From Clostridia bacterium (GTDB taxonomy: Bacteria; Bacillota; Clostridia; Oscillospirales; RGIG577), in contig JAFQZS010000001.1 in assembly GCA_017405765.1 (NCBI GenBank), forward strand, positions 1,874 to 65,873: DNA of 64,000 nucleotides, written 5' to 3'. The translations under genes and the position numbers were made by a program. The notes beneath the pieces are model-generated. The model saw only the letters and a program-made list of their open reading frames with translations. It searched no databases and was not told the DNA's origin. Position 1 is the stretch's first letter. Each line of letters starts with the position of its first letter. Below, one piece after another: positions 34,355 through 43,787 of this stretch.

Positions 34355-34760
34355 TTTCTCCTCCGAGTTCACGATGATAAACGCGCGCATCATATCCGTT
34401 TCTTTTGCAGTCAAGGAAAAACCGGTGCGCAAAATATACCGATCGGTGTCTGCCGCCCGTACATCCGAACGCAACGGATACGCTTTTATCCGCCTTTTTG
34501 CTTTCTTCTATATAATAAAAGGCAAAACGCGACATTTTTTCGTAAAAATCATTGCATTCGCCGTGCTCCTCCATAAACTTTCGTATCGGCTCATCCATGC
34601 CGCAGAAATCCCGCAGGCTTTCGTCATAATACGGATTCGGCATAATACGCACGTCAAAAAGCAGATTTACATTTGCAGGCGCGCCGTATTTATATCCGAA
34701 AGAGCTGATATCTATTGTAAATGTCTCGTTATTCTCCACTTTTACACCCGTCTTTCGCAT
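34332..34760 (-). CDS. RapZ (YvcJ) C-terminal domain only; the N-terminal P-loop ATPase domain is absent
   Basis: 142 aa. 'SSFGYKYGAPANVNLLFDVRIMPNPYY...L' and 'AFGCTGGRHRSV' match the RapZ C-terminal half. No Walker A motif. The start overlaps the murB stop. Confidence 0.7.
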   Translation of the reverse strand: MRKTGVKVENNETFTIDISSFGYKYGAPANVNLLFDVRIMPNPYYDESLRDFCGMDEPIRKFMEEHGECNDFYEKMSRFAFYYIEESKKADKSVSVAFGCTGGRHRSVYFAHRFFLDCKRNGYDARVYHRELGGENELFNKG

Positions 34761-35667
34761 ATGAAAAATCGCCTATGAGCTTCACCTCTGTCTGAAGCTC
34801 GACTCCCTTATGCTTTTTTACTTCATTTTGTACATGGCGTATAAGCTCGTAAACATCGCGCGCACTTGCGCTGCCCGTATTTATTATAAATCCGGCGTGC
34901 TTCTCGCTGACCTGCGCGCCGCCGCACGACGCGCCCTTTAATCCGCTCGCCTCTATAAGGCGGCCGGCAAAGTCGCCTGTCGGGCGCTTGAAAGTACTTC
35001 CCGCGCTGGGAAACGATAGTGGCTGCTTATCGGCGCGGCGCTTGTTCATATCTTTCATAAGCGCCGTTATCTCGGCGCGTTCGCCGTGCTTCAGTTTGAT
35101 ATACGAGCCCGTGATTATCTTATCCGAGTCGCAAAACGAGCTGCTGCGATAAGAAAAGCCATGTTCATTTCCTGTCGTTTCTCCCGTTTTACCGTCAAAA
35201 GTCACATATTTCGTGCGTATAACTACATCCTTGATCTCGCCGCCGTACGCTCCTGCATTCATATATACCGCGCCCCCCAGCGTTCCCGGTATCCCGCTTG
35301 CAAATTCAAGCCCCGAGAGCGCGCAGTCTCTCGCAAACGCCGCAATACGTGACATTCTTACGCCTGCGCCCGCAAATATCGTATCGTCGGAAACGAGCGA
35401 AAGCTCCGAAAAGCCCTCCATATTTATTACCATGCCTCTTAGACCATCGTCAGACACGAGTATATTTGAGCCGCCGCCGAGTATAAATACGGGCAGCCTG
35501 CTTTTTTTTGCAAACGCGAGCGCCGCTTTTAGCGCATCGTCGTCATATGCAGTCACCATTGCGTCGGCCGGACCGCCTATCTTGAAAGAAGTATACTCTT
35601 TAAGCGGCACGTCGAACTCTGTCTTTAAATTATACTTGTCAAGAATAGAAAAACTGCTTTTATCCAT
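34729..35667 (-). CDS. murB: UDP-N-acetylenolpyruvoylglucosamine reductase
   Basis: 'FKIGGPADAMV', 'ILGGGSNILV' and 'PSAGSTFKRP'. 312 aa. Confidence 0.9.
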   Translation of the reverse strand: MDKSSFSILDKYNLKTEFDVPLKEYTSFKIGGPADAMVTAYDDDALKAALAFAKKSRLPVFILGGGSNILVSDDGLRGMVINMEGFSELSLVSDDTIFAGAGVRMSRIAAFARDCALSGLEFASGIPGTLGGAVYMNAGAYGGEIKDVVIRTKYVTFDGKTGETTGNEHGFSYRSSSFCDSDKIITGSYIKLKHGERAEITALMKDMNKRRADKQPLSFPSAGSTFKRPTGDFAGRLIEASGLKGASCGGAQVSEKHAGFIINTGSASARDVYELIRHVQNEVKKHKGVELQTEVKLIGDFSYAKDGCKSGE

Positions 35668-36376
35668 TTGTACCTCTCTTTTGAGAAACGATCTCCATTA
35701 TTAGCTCTGGAGAATAATTAAGCACGAGATCTTTATCGTAACCCATATCTTCTATCAGCCGCTGCGCGTCGGACACCTCTCCCACGTCAAAGCATACGTG
35801 CGCGTCGGAGTTTATCGCGAGAAGTACGCCGTATTTTTTGCATACGCGCACGATATCCTCGATGTCGCGCGTGCTTCCGCGCTTCATTCTGAAGGAGTGG
35901 TTGTTTATCTCTACGACTTTCCCATATTCGCGGCAGGCCTTTATGACCGTCTCATGGTCGAACTCGAACGGCAGCCTGTCGGGGTGTCCCAACATATTTA
36001 CGTGCGGATTCTTAATAATATTCAGCCAAGTCTTCGTATTCGTGCTTATATCCGCGCCACGGTATGCGTCGTCGTGAAACGATGCTATCACCCAGTCAAG
36101 AGAAGAAAGAAGCTTTTCCGGCATATCGAGAGTGCCGTTCTCATCCGTTATATTGGCTTCGACTCCGCGCAATATCCTTATTCCCTCGTATTCGTCGGGC
36201 AGAGTTCTCAAATTTCTGAAATGCCATATATTCGGCGAATCCGGAAGCGCCGGCGCGTGATCCGTCATTGCCAAAACTTCAAGGCCTTTCTTTTTTGCAA
36301 AGGTCAAAAGCTCCAAAAGCGTGCTGTACGCATGCGCGCTTGCAAGCGTATGGCAATGTAAATCCGCTTTTATCAT
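35660..36376 (-). CDS. PHP-family metal-dependent phosphoesterase (YcdX-like)
   Basis: 'IKADLHCHTLASAHAYS', 'AMTDHAP' and 'INSDAH'. Confidence 0.7.
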   Translation of the reverse strand: MIKADLHCHTLASAHAYSTLLELLTFAKKKGLEVLAMTDHAPALPDSPNIWHFRNLRTLPDEYEGIRILRGVEANITDENGTLDMPEKLLSSLDWVIASFHDDAYRGADISTNTKTWLNIIKNPHVNMLGHPDRLPFEFDHETVIKACREYGKVVEINNHSFRMKRGSTRDIEDIVRVCKKYGVLLAINSDAHVCFDVGEVSDAQRLIEDMGYDKDLVLNYSPELIMEIVSQKRGTNG

Positions 36377-36388
36377 ACGTCTGCCTCC

Positions 36389-37345
36389 TTACATTCCCTT
36401 CGCCTTATCTATGCGTTCCTTCAGCTCCTGCTGCTTCATACGCTGGTCAAGCTCGTCGAGCGCATTGTATCCCATGCGCTTCTGACGGTTGTTCATTGCC
36501 GCCGTTTCGATAATAACTGCCAGGTTTCGTCCGGGCTTTACGGGTATCGTCACCGAGGGGATCTTAACGTCGAAAAACTGAGAATACTCACCGTCTGTTC
36601 CGAGCCTGTCGTAATATTTATTATCGTCCCACGTCTCTAAATTTATAACGAGATCGATAACTGTCGAATCCTTTACGGCGCCTATACCGAACAAGTTCTT
36701 TATGTCTATTATTCCTATGCCTCGTATTTCCATAAGGTGCTTTATAAGGTCCGGCGCCATGCCGAGTATTTCCCTGTCGGATATCTTGCGGATGAGCACC
36801 GCGTCGTCGGCTATCAGAATGTGTCCGCGCTTTATAAGCTCTATTGCCGTCTCACTTTTACCAACGCCGCTTTCTCCCATAAAAAGCACGCCCTCGCCGT
36901 ATACCTCAACAAGCACTCCGTGGCACGAGATCACCTTTGACAGGCGGCGGTTCAGGTAGTATACAAGCTCACTCACAAACTGGGATGTCTTTGCGCTTGT
37001 GCGAAGTATAGGAGTATTGTACTTGTGCGCAAGCGGCGCCATCTCGGTAAATACGGGCAGATTGCGCGCTATCACCACAACGGAAAGCTCCTTTTGAAAG
37101 TATGCCTCAAGCGCCTTTGAGCGTTCCTGCGCCGAAAGCTTTTCAAGATAACTCATCTCCACCCTGCCGAAGATCTGTACTCGTCCGGGGTCAAAGTGGT
37201 CGAAATATCCGGCAAGCTGAAGTCCCGGACGCATCATATCCGAGGAGTATATCCTCTTGTTTTCAAATCCGTCGGGGGCGATTATCACTTCAAGATTAAA
37301 GTCGTCTATCAAATCTTTTACTAAAATATAAGCGCGTTCTTCCAT
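36389..37345 (-). CDS. hprK: HPr kinase/phosphorylase
   Basis: 'HGVLVEVYGEGVLFMGESGVGKSETAIELIKRGH.LIADD' and 'IRGIGIIDIKNLFG'. Confidence 0.93.
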   Translation of the reverse strand: MEERAYILVKDLIDDFNLEVIIAPDGFENKRIYSSDMMRPGLQLAGYFDHFDPGRVQIFGRVEMSYLEKLSAQERSKALEAYFQKELSVVVIARNLPVFTEMAPLAHKYNTPILRTSAKTSQFVSELVYYLNRRLSKVISCHGVLVEVYGEGVLFMGESGVGKSETAIELIKRGHILIADDAVLIRKISDREILGMAPDLIKHLMEIRGIGIIDIKNLFGIGAVKDSTVIDLVINLETWDDNKYYDRLGTDGEYSQFFDVKIPSVTIPVKPGRNLAVIIETAAMNNRQKRMGYNALDELDQRMKQQELKERIDKAKGM

Positions 37346-37463
37346 TGCAATACACCTCGTTTTCGTGATAATATAATTATATATCTATTCGCTGCTTTTG
37401 GCTATGCTTTTTTAATGCGCACAGGCGTTTAAGTAAATTTTTTTGAAAATACGAAAAAAAGGC

Positions 37464-37492
37464 TTGCATTTAGCCGATTTCTCTGATAAACT
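37464..37492 (+). promoter_or_regulatory. Putative sigma-A promoter of rpmB
   Basis: TTGCAT, 17 nt, TAAACT. Confidence 0.4.
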
Positions 37493-37559
37493 ATACAAGT
37501 TGAAATATGTATGTATCCGTTTTCGGATTTTTCTGATCAATCAAGGGGAGGTGTAGATC

Positions 37560-37748
37560 GTGGCAAAATGTGATATCTGCGGAAAGGGCGTTACTTTCGG
37601 CATCGCTGTATCCCACTCGCACAGAAGAAGCAACCGCAGTTGGAAGCCGAATGTAAAGAAGGTCAATGCAATCGTAAACGGCAGCAAAAAGAAAATAAAT
37701 GTTTGCACCAGATGCTTAAGATCTAATAAGGTTGAACGTGCGGTTTAA
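37560..37748 (+). CDS. rpmB: 50S ribosomal protein L28 (Cys-containing form)
   Basis: 'MAKCDICGKGVTFGIAVSHSHRRSNRSWKPNV...CTRCL'. GTG start behind AAGGGGAGG. Confidence 0.93.
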   Translation: MAKCDICGKGVTFGIAVSHSHRRSNRSWKPNVKKVNAIVNGSKKKINVCTRCLRSNKVERAV

Positions 37749-37776
37749 TCAGAAGTCGGTTTAAAAAGTACGCAAT

Positions 37777-37806
37777 AAAAGAACGTGCCGTGGCACGTTC
37801 TTTTTT
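37777..37806. terminator. Bidirectional terminator between rpmB and ispH-S1
   Basis: Stem 'gaacgtg'/'cacgttc' flanked by AAAA and TTTTTT. Confidence 0.6.
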
Positions 37807-37863
37807 CGTATCAAAAAACGGGGGCGGACTCATACCGATCCCGTTTTTTACATTTTTTGTTTC

Positions 37864-39918
37864 TTACTCTGCGTCTGCCGGAGCCTCTGCGGGAGCCGCT
37901 TCGCTCTCTGCAGTCTCTTCAGTCTGAGCTGCCTGTGCTTCAGCGTTCTCTGAAACTTCCTTTGATGCTGCGTCGAGAAGCGCGCGTATGCTCAGGTTGA
38001 CCTTCTTCTTCTCGAAGTCGATAGCCGTTATCTTCGCGTCGACTACCTGATCGATAGAAAGCTCGCTTTCGGGGCTCGGAATATGCTTCTGAGCGATCTG
38101 CGATACATGGATAAGACCGTCCACTCCGGGCACTATCTGTGCAAATGCACCGAAAGGCATAAGCTTGATTATACGGCAGGAAACAACGTCACCTACGTTG
38201 TACTTGGACTTGAAGATCTCCCACGGATTGTCCTCGGGCTTTTTGTGACCAAGCGATATCTTCTTCTTCTCACCTTCCGTGTCAAGCTTTAAAATGAATA
38301 CGTCGATCTCATCGCCTACTGCCATGATCTCAGACGGATTCTTTATGCGCTGCCATGACATCTCGGAAATATGTAACATACCGTCAACGCCGCCAATATC
38401 AACAAAAGCGCCGTAGGGCATTATAGACTTAACTATACCCTTGTAAGCCTTGCCTACTTCGATCTCGTCCCAGATCTTCTTAGCGGCTTCCGCCTTGCGC
38501 TCAACAAGAACGCTCTTTATAGAGCCGATAACTCTTTTTCTCTGGCGATTGATCTCAAGTATGCGTAAATCAACATTTGTGCCTACAAGGCCGGAAAGAT
38601 CTTCGGTGTAGCGCTCTGCCGCAAGTGACGCCGGCACGAATACTCTTACGCCGTTTACCATAACTACAACGCCGCCTCTTACGGCCTCTGTAACAACGCC
38701 GGAAAGTACTCTCTGATCTTCTACAGCCGCTTCTACTTCTTTCCACATCTTCATAGAGTCGATCTTCTTCTTTGAGAGCATGATAACGCCTTCAACGTCA
38801 GATACTCTCACAACAAACGCTTCGACCTCGTCGCCGACCTTAACAAGATCGTTTAAGTTAGCGTTGGGATCGGAAGTGAACTCATCCGCCGGAATGTAGC
38901 CGTCCTGCTTAGTGCCCAGGTCCAGTCTTATCTCTCCGGGTAAAATCTTGCTTACAATACCGGTTACAACGTCTCCTGTATGTAAAGATTTGATGGATTG
39001 TTCAACAGCCTCCGCAAAGCTTAACTCCTCGTTGTTGTCCATGATTATTTTTTCGTCTTCCATTCTTTCAATAACCTCCCTAATTATAAAGGCGGGTGTA
39101 GACGCGCCGGCAGTTATACCTACCTTGTCGTCTCTCCCAATCGTGATGCTCTTAAGCTCTTTTGGCGTTTCAATATGAAACACGTTCTTGCAATGCTCAC
39201 GGCATACTTCAACAAGCTTCAATGTATTGGAGCTTTTTCTGCCGCCGATAACTATCACGGTATCGGAAACCTTTGATATCTCGGCCGCATCATTCTGCCG
39301 TTCTTCAGTTGCAAGGCAGATCGTGTCGTGCGTTTTCGCATTCGGTATGTTTGCTTTAACGTATGACAGACATCTGCGCCAGTTTGCTTTATTGATAGTC
39401 GTCTGAGCTACCAAGCATACGTTAGTATTCATTATATCAAATGCGACAGAATTTTCAAGCCCTGTTTGCAATTCATTTAAAGTTTTATAAATATTTGCGC
39501 TGTCTTCGCACCATCCGTTGATGCCTATCACCTCCGGATGCGCCTTGTCGCCTATTATTATTATCTCATCGCCCGCTTCGTGGTGCTTTTCGACTATGCG
39601 ATGTATCTTTCTTACGAACGGGCAGGTCGTATCGATGCACTCTACTCCCAGCTCGCCCAGTCTGTCGTAGATTTTTTTTGCCTCGCCGTGAGCGCGGATT
39701 ATAACGCGGGCATTCTCTCCCTTTATCTCGTCGGGCGAATGTATAAGCTTGACCCCTTTTTTTATGAGCTCGTTTACTACAAGGTCGTTATGTATTATCT
39801 CACCCAGCATATATAGATTCTGCGAGTTCTGCTCCACTGCACCGTAGGCCATTTCCACCGAACGCTTTACGCCGAAGCAAAATCCGGCGTGCGGCGAGAG
39901 GATTATTTTACGCGGCAT
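37864..39918 (-). CDS. ispH: Bifunctional 4-hydroxy-3-methylbut-2-enyl diphosphate reductase (IspH) / S1-repeat RNA-binding protein
   Basis: N-terminal 'GFCFGVKRSV' IspH domain (about 280 aa) followed by four S1 repeats ('G.V..I...G..V.L', 'GMLHISEMS', 'GLIHVSQIA'). Acidic Ala/Glu-rich tail. Confidence 0.88.
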   Translation of the reverse strand: MPRKIILSPHAGFCFGVKRSVEMAYGAVEQNSQNLYMLGEIIHNDLVVNELIKKGVKLIHSPDEIKGENARVIIRAHGEAKKIYDRLGELGVECIDTTCPFVRKIHRIVEKHHEAGDEIIIIGDKAHPEVIGINGWCEDSANIYKTLNELQTGLENSVAFDIMNTNVCLVAQTTINKANWRRCLSYVKANIPNAKTHDTICLATEERQNDAAEISKVSDTVIVIGGRKSSNTLKLVEVCREHCKNVFHIETPKELKSITIGRDDKVGITAGASTPAFIIREVIERMEDEKIIMDNNEELSFAEAVEQSIKSLHTGDVVTGIVSKILPGEIRLDLGTKQDGYIPADEFTSDPNANLNDLVKVGDEVEAFVVRVSDVEGVIMLSKKKIDSMKMWKEVEAAVEDQRVLSGVVTEAVRGGVVVMVNGVRVFVPASLAAERYTEDLSGLVGTNVDLRILEINRQRKRVIGSIKSVLVERKAEAAKKIWDEIEVGKAYKGIVKSIMPYGAFVDIGGVDGMLHISEMSWQRIKNPSEIMAVGDEIDVFILKLDTEGEKKKISLGHKKPEDNPWEIFKSKYNVGDVVSCRIIKLMPFGAFAQIVPGVDGLIHVSQIAQKHIPSPESELSIDQVVDAKITAIDFEKKKVNLSIRALLDAASKEVSENAEAQAAQTEETAESEAAPAEAPADAE

Positions 39919-40119
39919 AAAAGAAACTCCTTAAAATTTATTTTTTCATAAAACGTCGTATTTTTTTATTATACACTATTTTGCTTTGATGTGAAGTCTT
40001 TTATAAAAAAACAGTTTTTATATATATAAATAAGTTGCGCTTTCATGTTTTATGCTGTATATTAGAAATATAAGTCAATATTTATGTACTATATTTACTT
40101 AATAACGGGAGGTGTTGAC

Positions 40120-41964
40120 GTGAAAAAACGGATAATATGTGTTTTTGTTTGCGTCGTTATTTTATTAGGTATGATGTCTACGGGCGCGTTGGCCGCGCAG
40201 GCGCGCGACACCTCGTTTGAAGCCGGTCTTGCCGTTTCTTTAAAGTCGCTCGGCCTCTTTCGCGGCGTTTCCGACAGCGATTTCGACTTGGAGAGAGCGC
40301 CGACGCGCACGGAAGCGCTCGTCATGCTCATACGAACGCTCGGGCGTGAGAGCGAAGCTCTTGACTGCACGTATTCTCACCCGTTCACCGACGTGCCGTC
40401 ATGGGCTGACAGATACGTGGCGTATGGATACGAAAACGGACTGACAAACGGCATTTCTTCCACGCGATTCGGCGGCTAGGCTGCGGCAAATTCAAATATT
40501 TATCTCACCTTTATGCTTCGCGCGCTCGGTTATTCCGATGAGAACGGCGCCGATTTTGATTGGACTTCACCCTTTGCGCTTTCAAAAACCGTCGGGATAC
40601 TCCCCTCTTACGTTGATACGCAAGATTTCATTCGCGCCGACGTCGTAAGCGTGTCGTATGCCGCGCTTTCGGCCTACCTCAAAAATTCCAGTCAGACGCT
40701 TGCGCAGAAGCTCATTTCAATGGGCGTATTCACGGAAGGACAGTTCGACTCCGTTTACGACGTTTCGCTTATAAATGCAAAGACATCATCGGGCGAAAAC
40801 GCAAAACAGGAGCTTACGGCGGAACAGATATACGCAGATTGCGCTCCCGCAGTTTTCTACATCGAGACGTATGATTCTCACGGAAACGCACTTATGAGCG
40901 GAAGCGGATTCTTTATAGGCTCCGACGGTACGGCAATAACAAATTATCATGTGATCGAGAATGCAAAAAGTGCAAAAATAGCGCTCTCGGAAACGGGACG
41001 CACACTTGACGTTGAGGGCGTTTACGGCTATAACGAATCGGAAGACTGGGCCGTTATAAAGATAAGCGGCACCGGCTTCCCTGTCCTCGCAATGAATACC
41101 ACCCCCTCGACAGGCGGTGCGACAGTCTACGCCATAGGAAGTCCTCTGGGCCTTCAGAACACCATATCCCAGGGCATCATATCAAATCCCTCCCGCCTGA
41201 TCGAGGGACAGTATTATATACAGACGAGCGCGGCTATCTCAAGCGGTTCTAGCGGCGGAGCGCTCATAAATAAATACGGCGAAGCGATAGGCATAACGTG
41301 CGGCTCGTACGTTGACGGCCAGCTATTAAATCTTGCCGTGCCTCTCTCTTACGTTACCGGATATAGTAAAGCATCTCTTACACCGCTTTCAAAAGCGACC
41401 GTCTTGCAGACGGGAGGCGCATCCGCAGCACAGTCGCCCGAAAGGCAGAAGGCGGCCTTCGGCGCGCTCAAATCGTGGATAATGCAGAACGGAAGCCTTG
41501 ATACGGTCGAGGACGGTACGAAGGCCTATATGTTCAGTGCGTCCGACAACGACGAATACGGCGGCGCATCGCTTTATCTTATAGGATATTACCCCTCTAG
41601 CGGAAATATCGCCATTACCACTTCATACGTGTCTTCCGATATGGGGATAATGATGCTGACGACCGTTTTATTCGAAGAGACTCCGCCGTATATATACGGA
41701 TATGAATATTTGCCTAACGCATACTCCTCCGATAAGCTTGAGGCTGCTGGATTTTTCTACGCGCCCACGCTCGATGAATCGACCGAGCTGAGCTTTTACA
41801 GCACAGGCGGCGCATTGAGCCAAGATGAAGACGTTGTTTACACGCACGAGGCGATCGCCCAGGTCTTGCTTCTTGAAGCGTTTGAACTGACCGATTATAT
41901 TTTCCAAACGGAGATCCCCGCATACTCCATAGCCGATTTCGGATTTGCAATGCTTGCCCGTTAA
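40120..41964 (+). pseudogene. Secreted SLH-like repeat / trypsin-like (S1C) serine protease gene, interrupted by one in-frame TAG at 40477-40479
   Basis: ORFs 40084..40479 and 40513..41964 share a frame, and the sequence reads through as '...GISSTRFGG*AAANSNIYLTFMLRALGYSD...'. GTG start at 40120 behind GGGAGGTG. Signal peptide present. His 'NYHVIE', Asp 'DWAVIKI' and Ser 'SSGSSGGALI'. Confidence 0.7.
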
Positions 41965-41996
41965 GTTTGAACTCTCTCACGGAAAAGAAAACAAAA

Positions 41997-42028
41997 ACGT
42001 GATGGTCTTCTCATGAAGATCATCACGT
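41997..42028. terminator. Bidirectional terminator between the protease gene and the ABC ATPase gene
   Basis: 14-bp stem 'acgtgatggtcttc'/'gaagatcatcacgt' (one G-U pair) with T-runs on both strands. Confidence 0.7.
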
Positions 42029-42048
42029 TTATTCTTTTTATAAAGCTT

Positions 42049-42843
42049 TTACGAAAGCAGGGCTTTATCGTTCGCAAATTCCTCGCCGCTTTTTGCGCTG
42101 AATTTTTCAAGCAGGTCTTCGACCGTAAGATTTTTCTTGTCGTCGCCCGAAATGTCGAACATGATCTTTCCTTCGTTCATCATGACAAGACGGTTGCCGT
42201 AGGCAATGGCGTCGCGCATATTATGCGTTATCATGAGCGTCGTAAGATTGTGATCGGAGATTATCTTGTCCGAAAGCGCAAGCACCTTCTGCGCCGTTTT
42301 CGGGTCAAGCGCCGCCGTATGCTCATCTAAGAGCAGCACCTTCGGCTTCTTTATCGAAGCCATGAGCAGCGTAATTGCCTGGCGCTGACCGCCCGATAAA
42401 AGACCTACCTTCGTGGTGAGTCTGTCCTCAAGGCCAAGGTCGAGCGTTTTAAGCATCTCTCGATACTCCGTCTTTTCGGCGGTCGTTATGCCCCAGCCGA
42501 GACCGCGCATCTGTCCGCGCCTTGCGGCAAGCGCAAGATTCTCAAGTATGCTCATCGTCGCGGCAGTACCCATCATCGGGTCCTGGAACACTCGTCCCAG
42601 ATACTTTGCTCTTTTAAACTCTGGCATCGAAGTAACATTGGTGCTGTCTATCATTATAGTGCCGCGGTCGGGCTTCCATACGCCTGCTATGGCGTTGAGC
42701 ATGGTGCTCTTGCCGGCGCCGTTGCCGCCTATGACCGTTACGAAGTCGCCCTCGTTCAATACCAGGTCAACGCCGGCAAGCGCAGTCTTTGCGTTGACAG
42801 TGCCGGGATTGAACGTCTTGTGTATATCTTTAAGCTCAAGCAT
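42049..42843 (-). CDS. ABC transporter ATP-binding protein
   Basis: Walker A 'GGNGAGKST', signature 'LSGGQRQ' and Walker B 'LLLDE'. Confidence 0.9.
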   Translation of the reverse strand: MLELKDIHKTFNPGTVNAKTALAGVDLVLNEGDFVTVIGGNGAGKSTMLNAIAGVWKPDRGTIMIDSTNVTSMPEFKRAKYLGRVFQDPMMGTAATMSILENLALAARRGQMRGLGWGITTAEKTEYREMLKTLDLGLEDRLTTKVGLLSGGQRQAITLLMASIKKPKVLLLDEHTAALDPKTAQKVLALSDKIISDHNLTTLMITHNMRDAIAYGNRLVMMNEGKIMFDISGDDKKNLTVEDLLEKFSAKSGEEFANDKALLS

Positions 42844-43756
42844 TCTTCTTTCCCCCTTTTGACCCCGAACCGTAATGCGATTTCCAGTAAGGTATTCCGA
42901 GGAAAAGCGCTACCACTATCGCCGAGAGCATTTTCAAAAGGTCGGTGTCTATTCCGCACCAGATAACTATCTGATAAACTATGTAATAAACGACGCCGCC
43001 GAGGGCGACAGCCAAAAGCTGTACCGCAAAATTTGAGAAAAATCTGCCGATGATCGCCTCACCTATGATAACTGCGGCTAGGCCTATAACTATTGCGCCG
43101 CGTCCCATCTGAACGTCGGCGAAGCCCTGATACTGTGCAAGAAGCGCGCCTGACAGCGCAACGATGCCGTTTGAAAGCATAAGCGCAAACACGGTGTTGA
43201 AGTTCGTATTTATGCCCTGCGCGCGGCTCATATTCAGGTTGCATCCGGTTGCCCTTATCGAACTGCCGAATTCCGTACCGAAGAACCAATACAGTACAGC
43301 GATGAGCACGATCACGATAACTGCAATAACGAATATCGAGTTTTTATAAAACGGCACATCCCTTAAATACTGCAGCGAAACGAGCAGGTCATAATTTCGG
43401 ACGCTCAGCGCCTGATTTGCCTTGCCCATTATCTTCAGATTGACAGAATACAGCGCAAGCTGTGACAAAATACCTGCAAGTATTGCCGGTATGCCCATAA
43501 ACGTATGGAACAGGCCCGTAACGAGACCGGTTATCATACCGACGATGACGGCCACGAGGAACGATACGAATATGCTGTGACCGCTTATCATCATCATTAC
43601 GCATACCGCGCCGCCCGTACACATCGAGCCGTCGACGGTAAGGTCGGCAAAATCAAGTATTTTGAAAGTTATGTAAACGCCTATCGCCATTATGCCCCAG
43701 ATAAAGCCCTGGGCCACGGCGCCCGGCATACTGCCTAACAAGCTTAGAATGTTCAT
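42836..43756 (-). CDS. ABC transporter permease
   Basis: 306 aa polytopic membrane protein, overlapping the ATPase start by 8 nt. Confidence 0.8.
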   Translation of the reverse strand: MNILSLLGSMPGAVAQGFIWGIMAIGVYITFKILDFADLTVDGSMCTGGAVCVMMMISGHSIFVSFLVAVIVGMITGLVTGLFHTFMGIPAILAGILSQLALYSVNLKIMGKANQALSVRNYDLLVSLQYLRDVPFYKNSIFVIAVIVIVLIAVLYWFFGTEFGSSIRATGCNLNMSRAQGINTNFNTVFALMLSNGIVALSGALLAQYQGFADVQMGRGAIVIGLAAVIIGEAIIGRFFSNFAVQLLAVALGGVVYYIVYQIVIWCGIDTDLLKMLSAIVVALFLGIPYWKSHYGSGSKGGKKNA

Positions 43757-43787
43757 TAAAAGGCCTCCGAACTATACTTGGCGAAAA

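Noticed and set aside
37864-39918. The IspH-S1 domain fusion as a possible novelty.
   Set aside because: This fusion is a known, widespread gene architecture in Clostridia. Only the acidic tail is noted, elsewhere.
40477-40479. The possibility that TAG is reassigned genome-wide (a sense codon or pyrrolysine), which would explain the interrupted protease gene.
   Set aside because: TAG terminates several well-defined genes in this window at the expected protein ends: yabP at 14360, paralog 2 at 18621, tspO at 21271 and the hydrolase at 63937.
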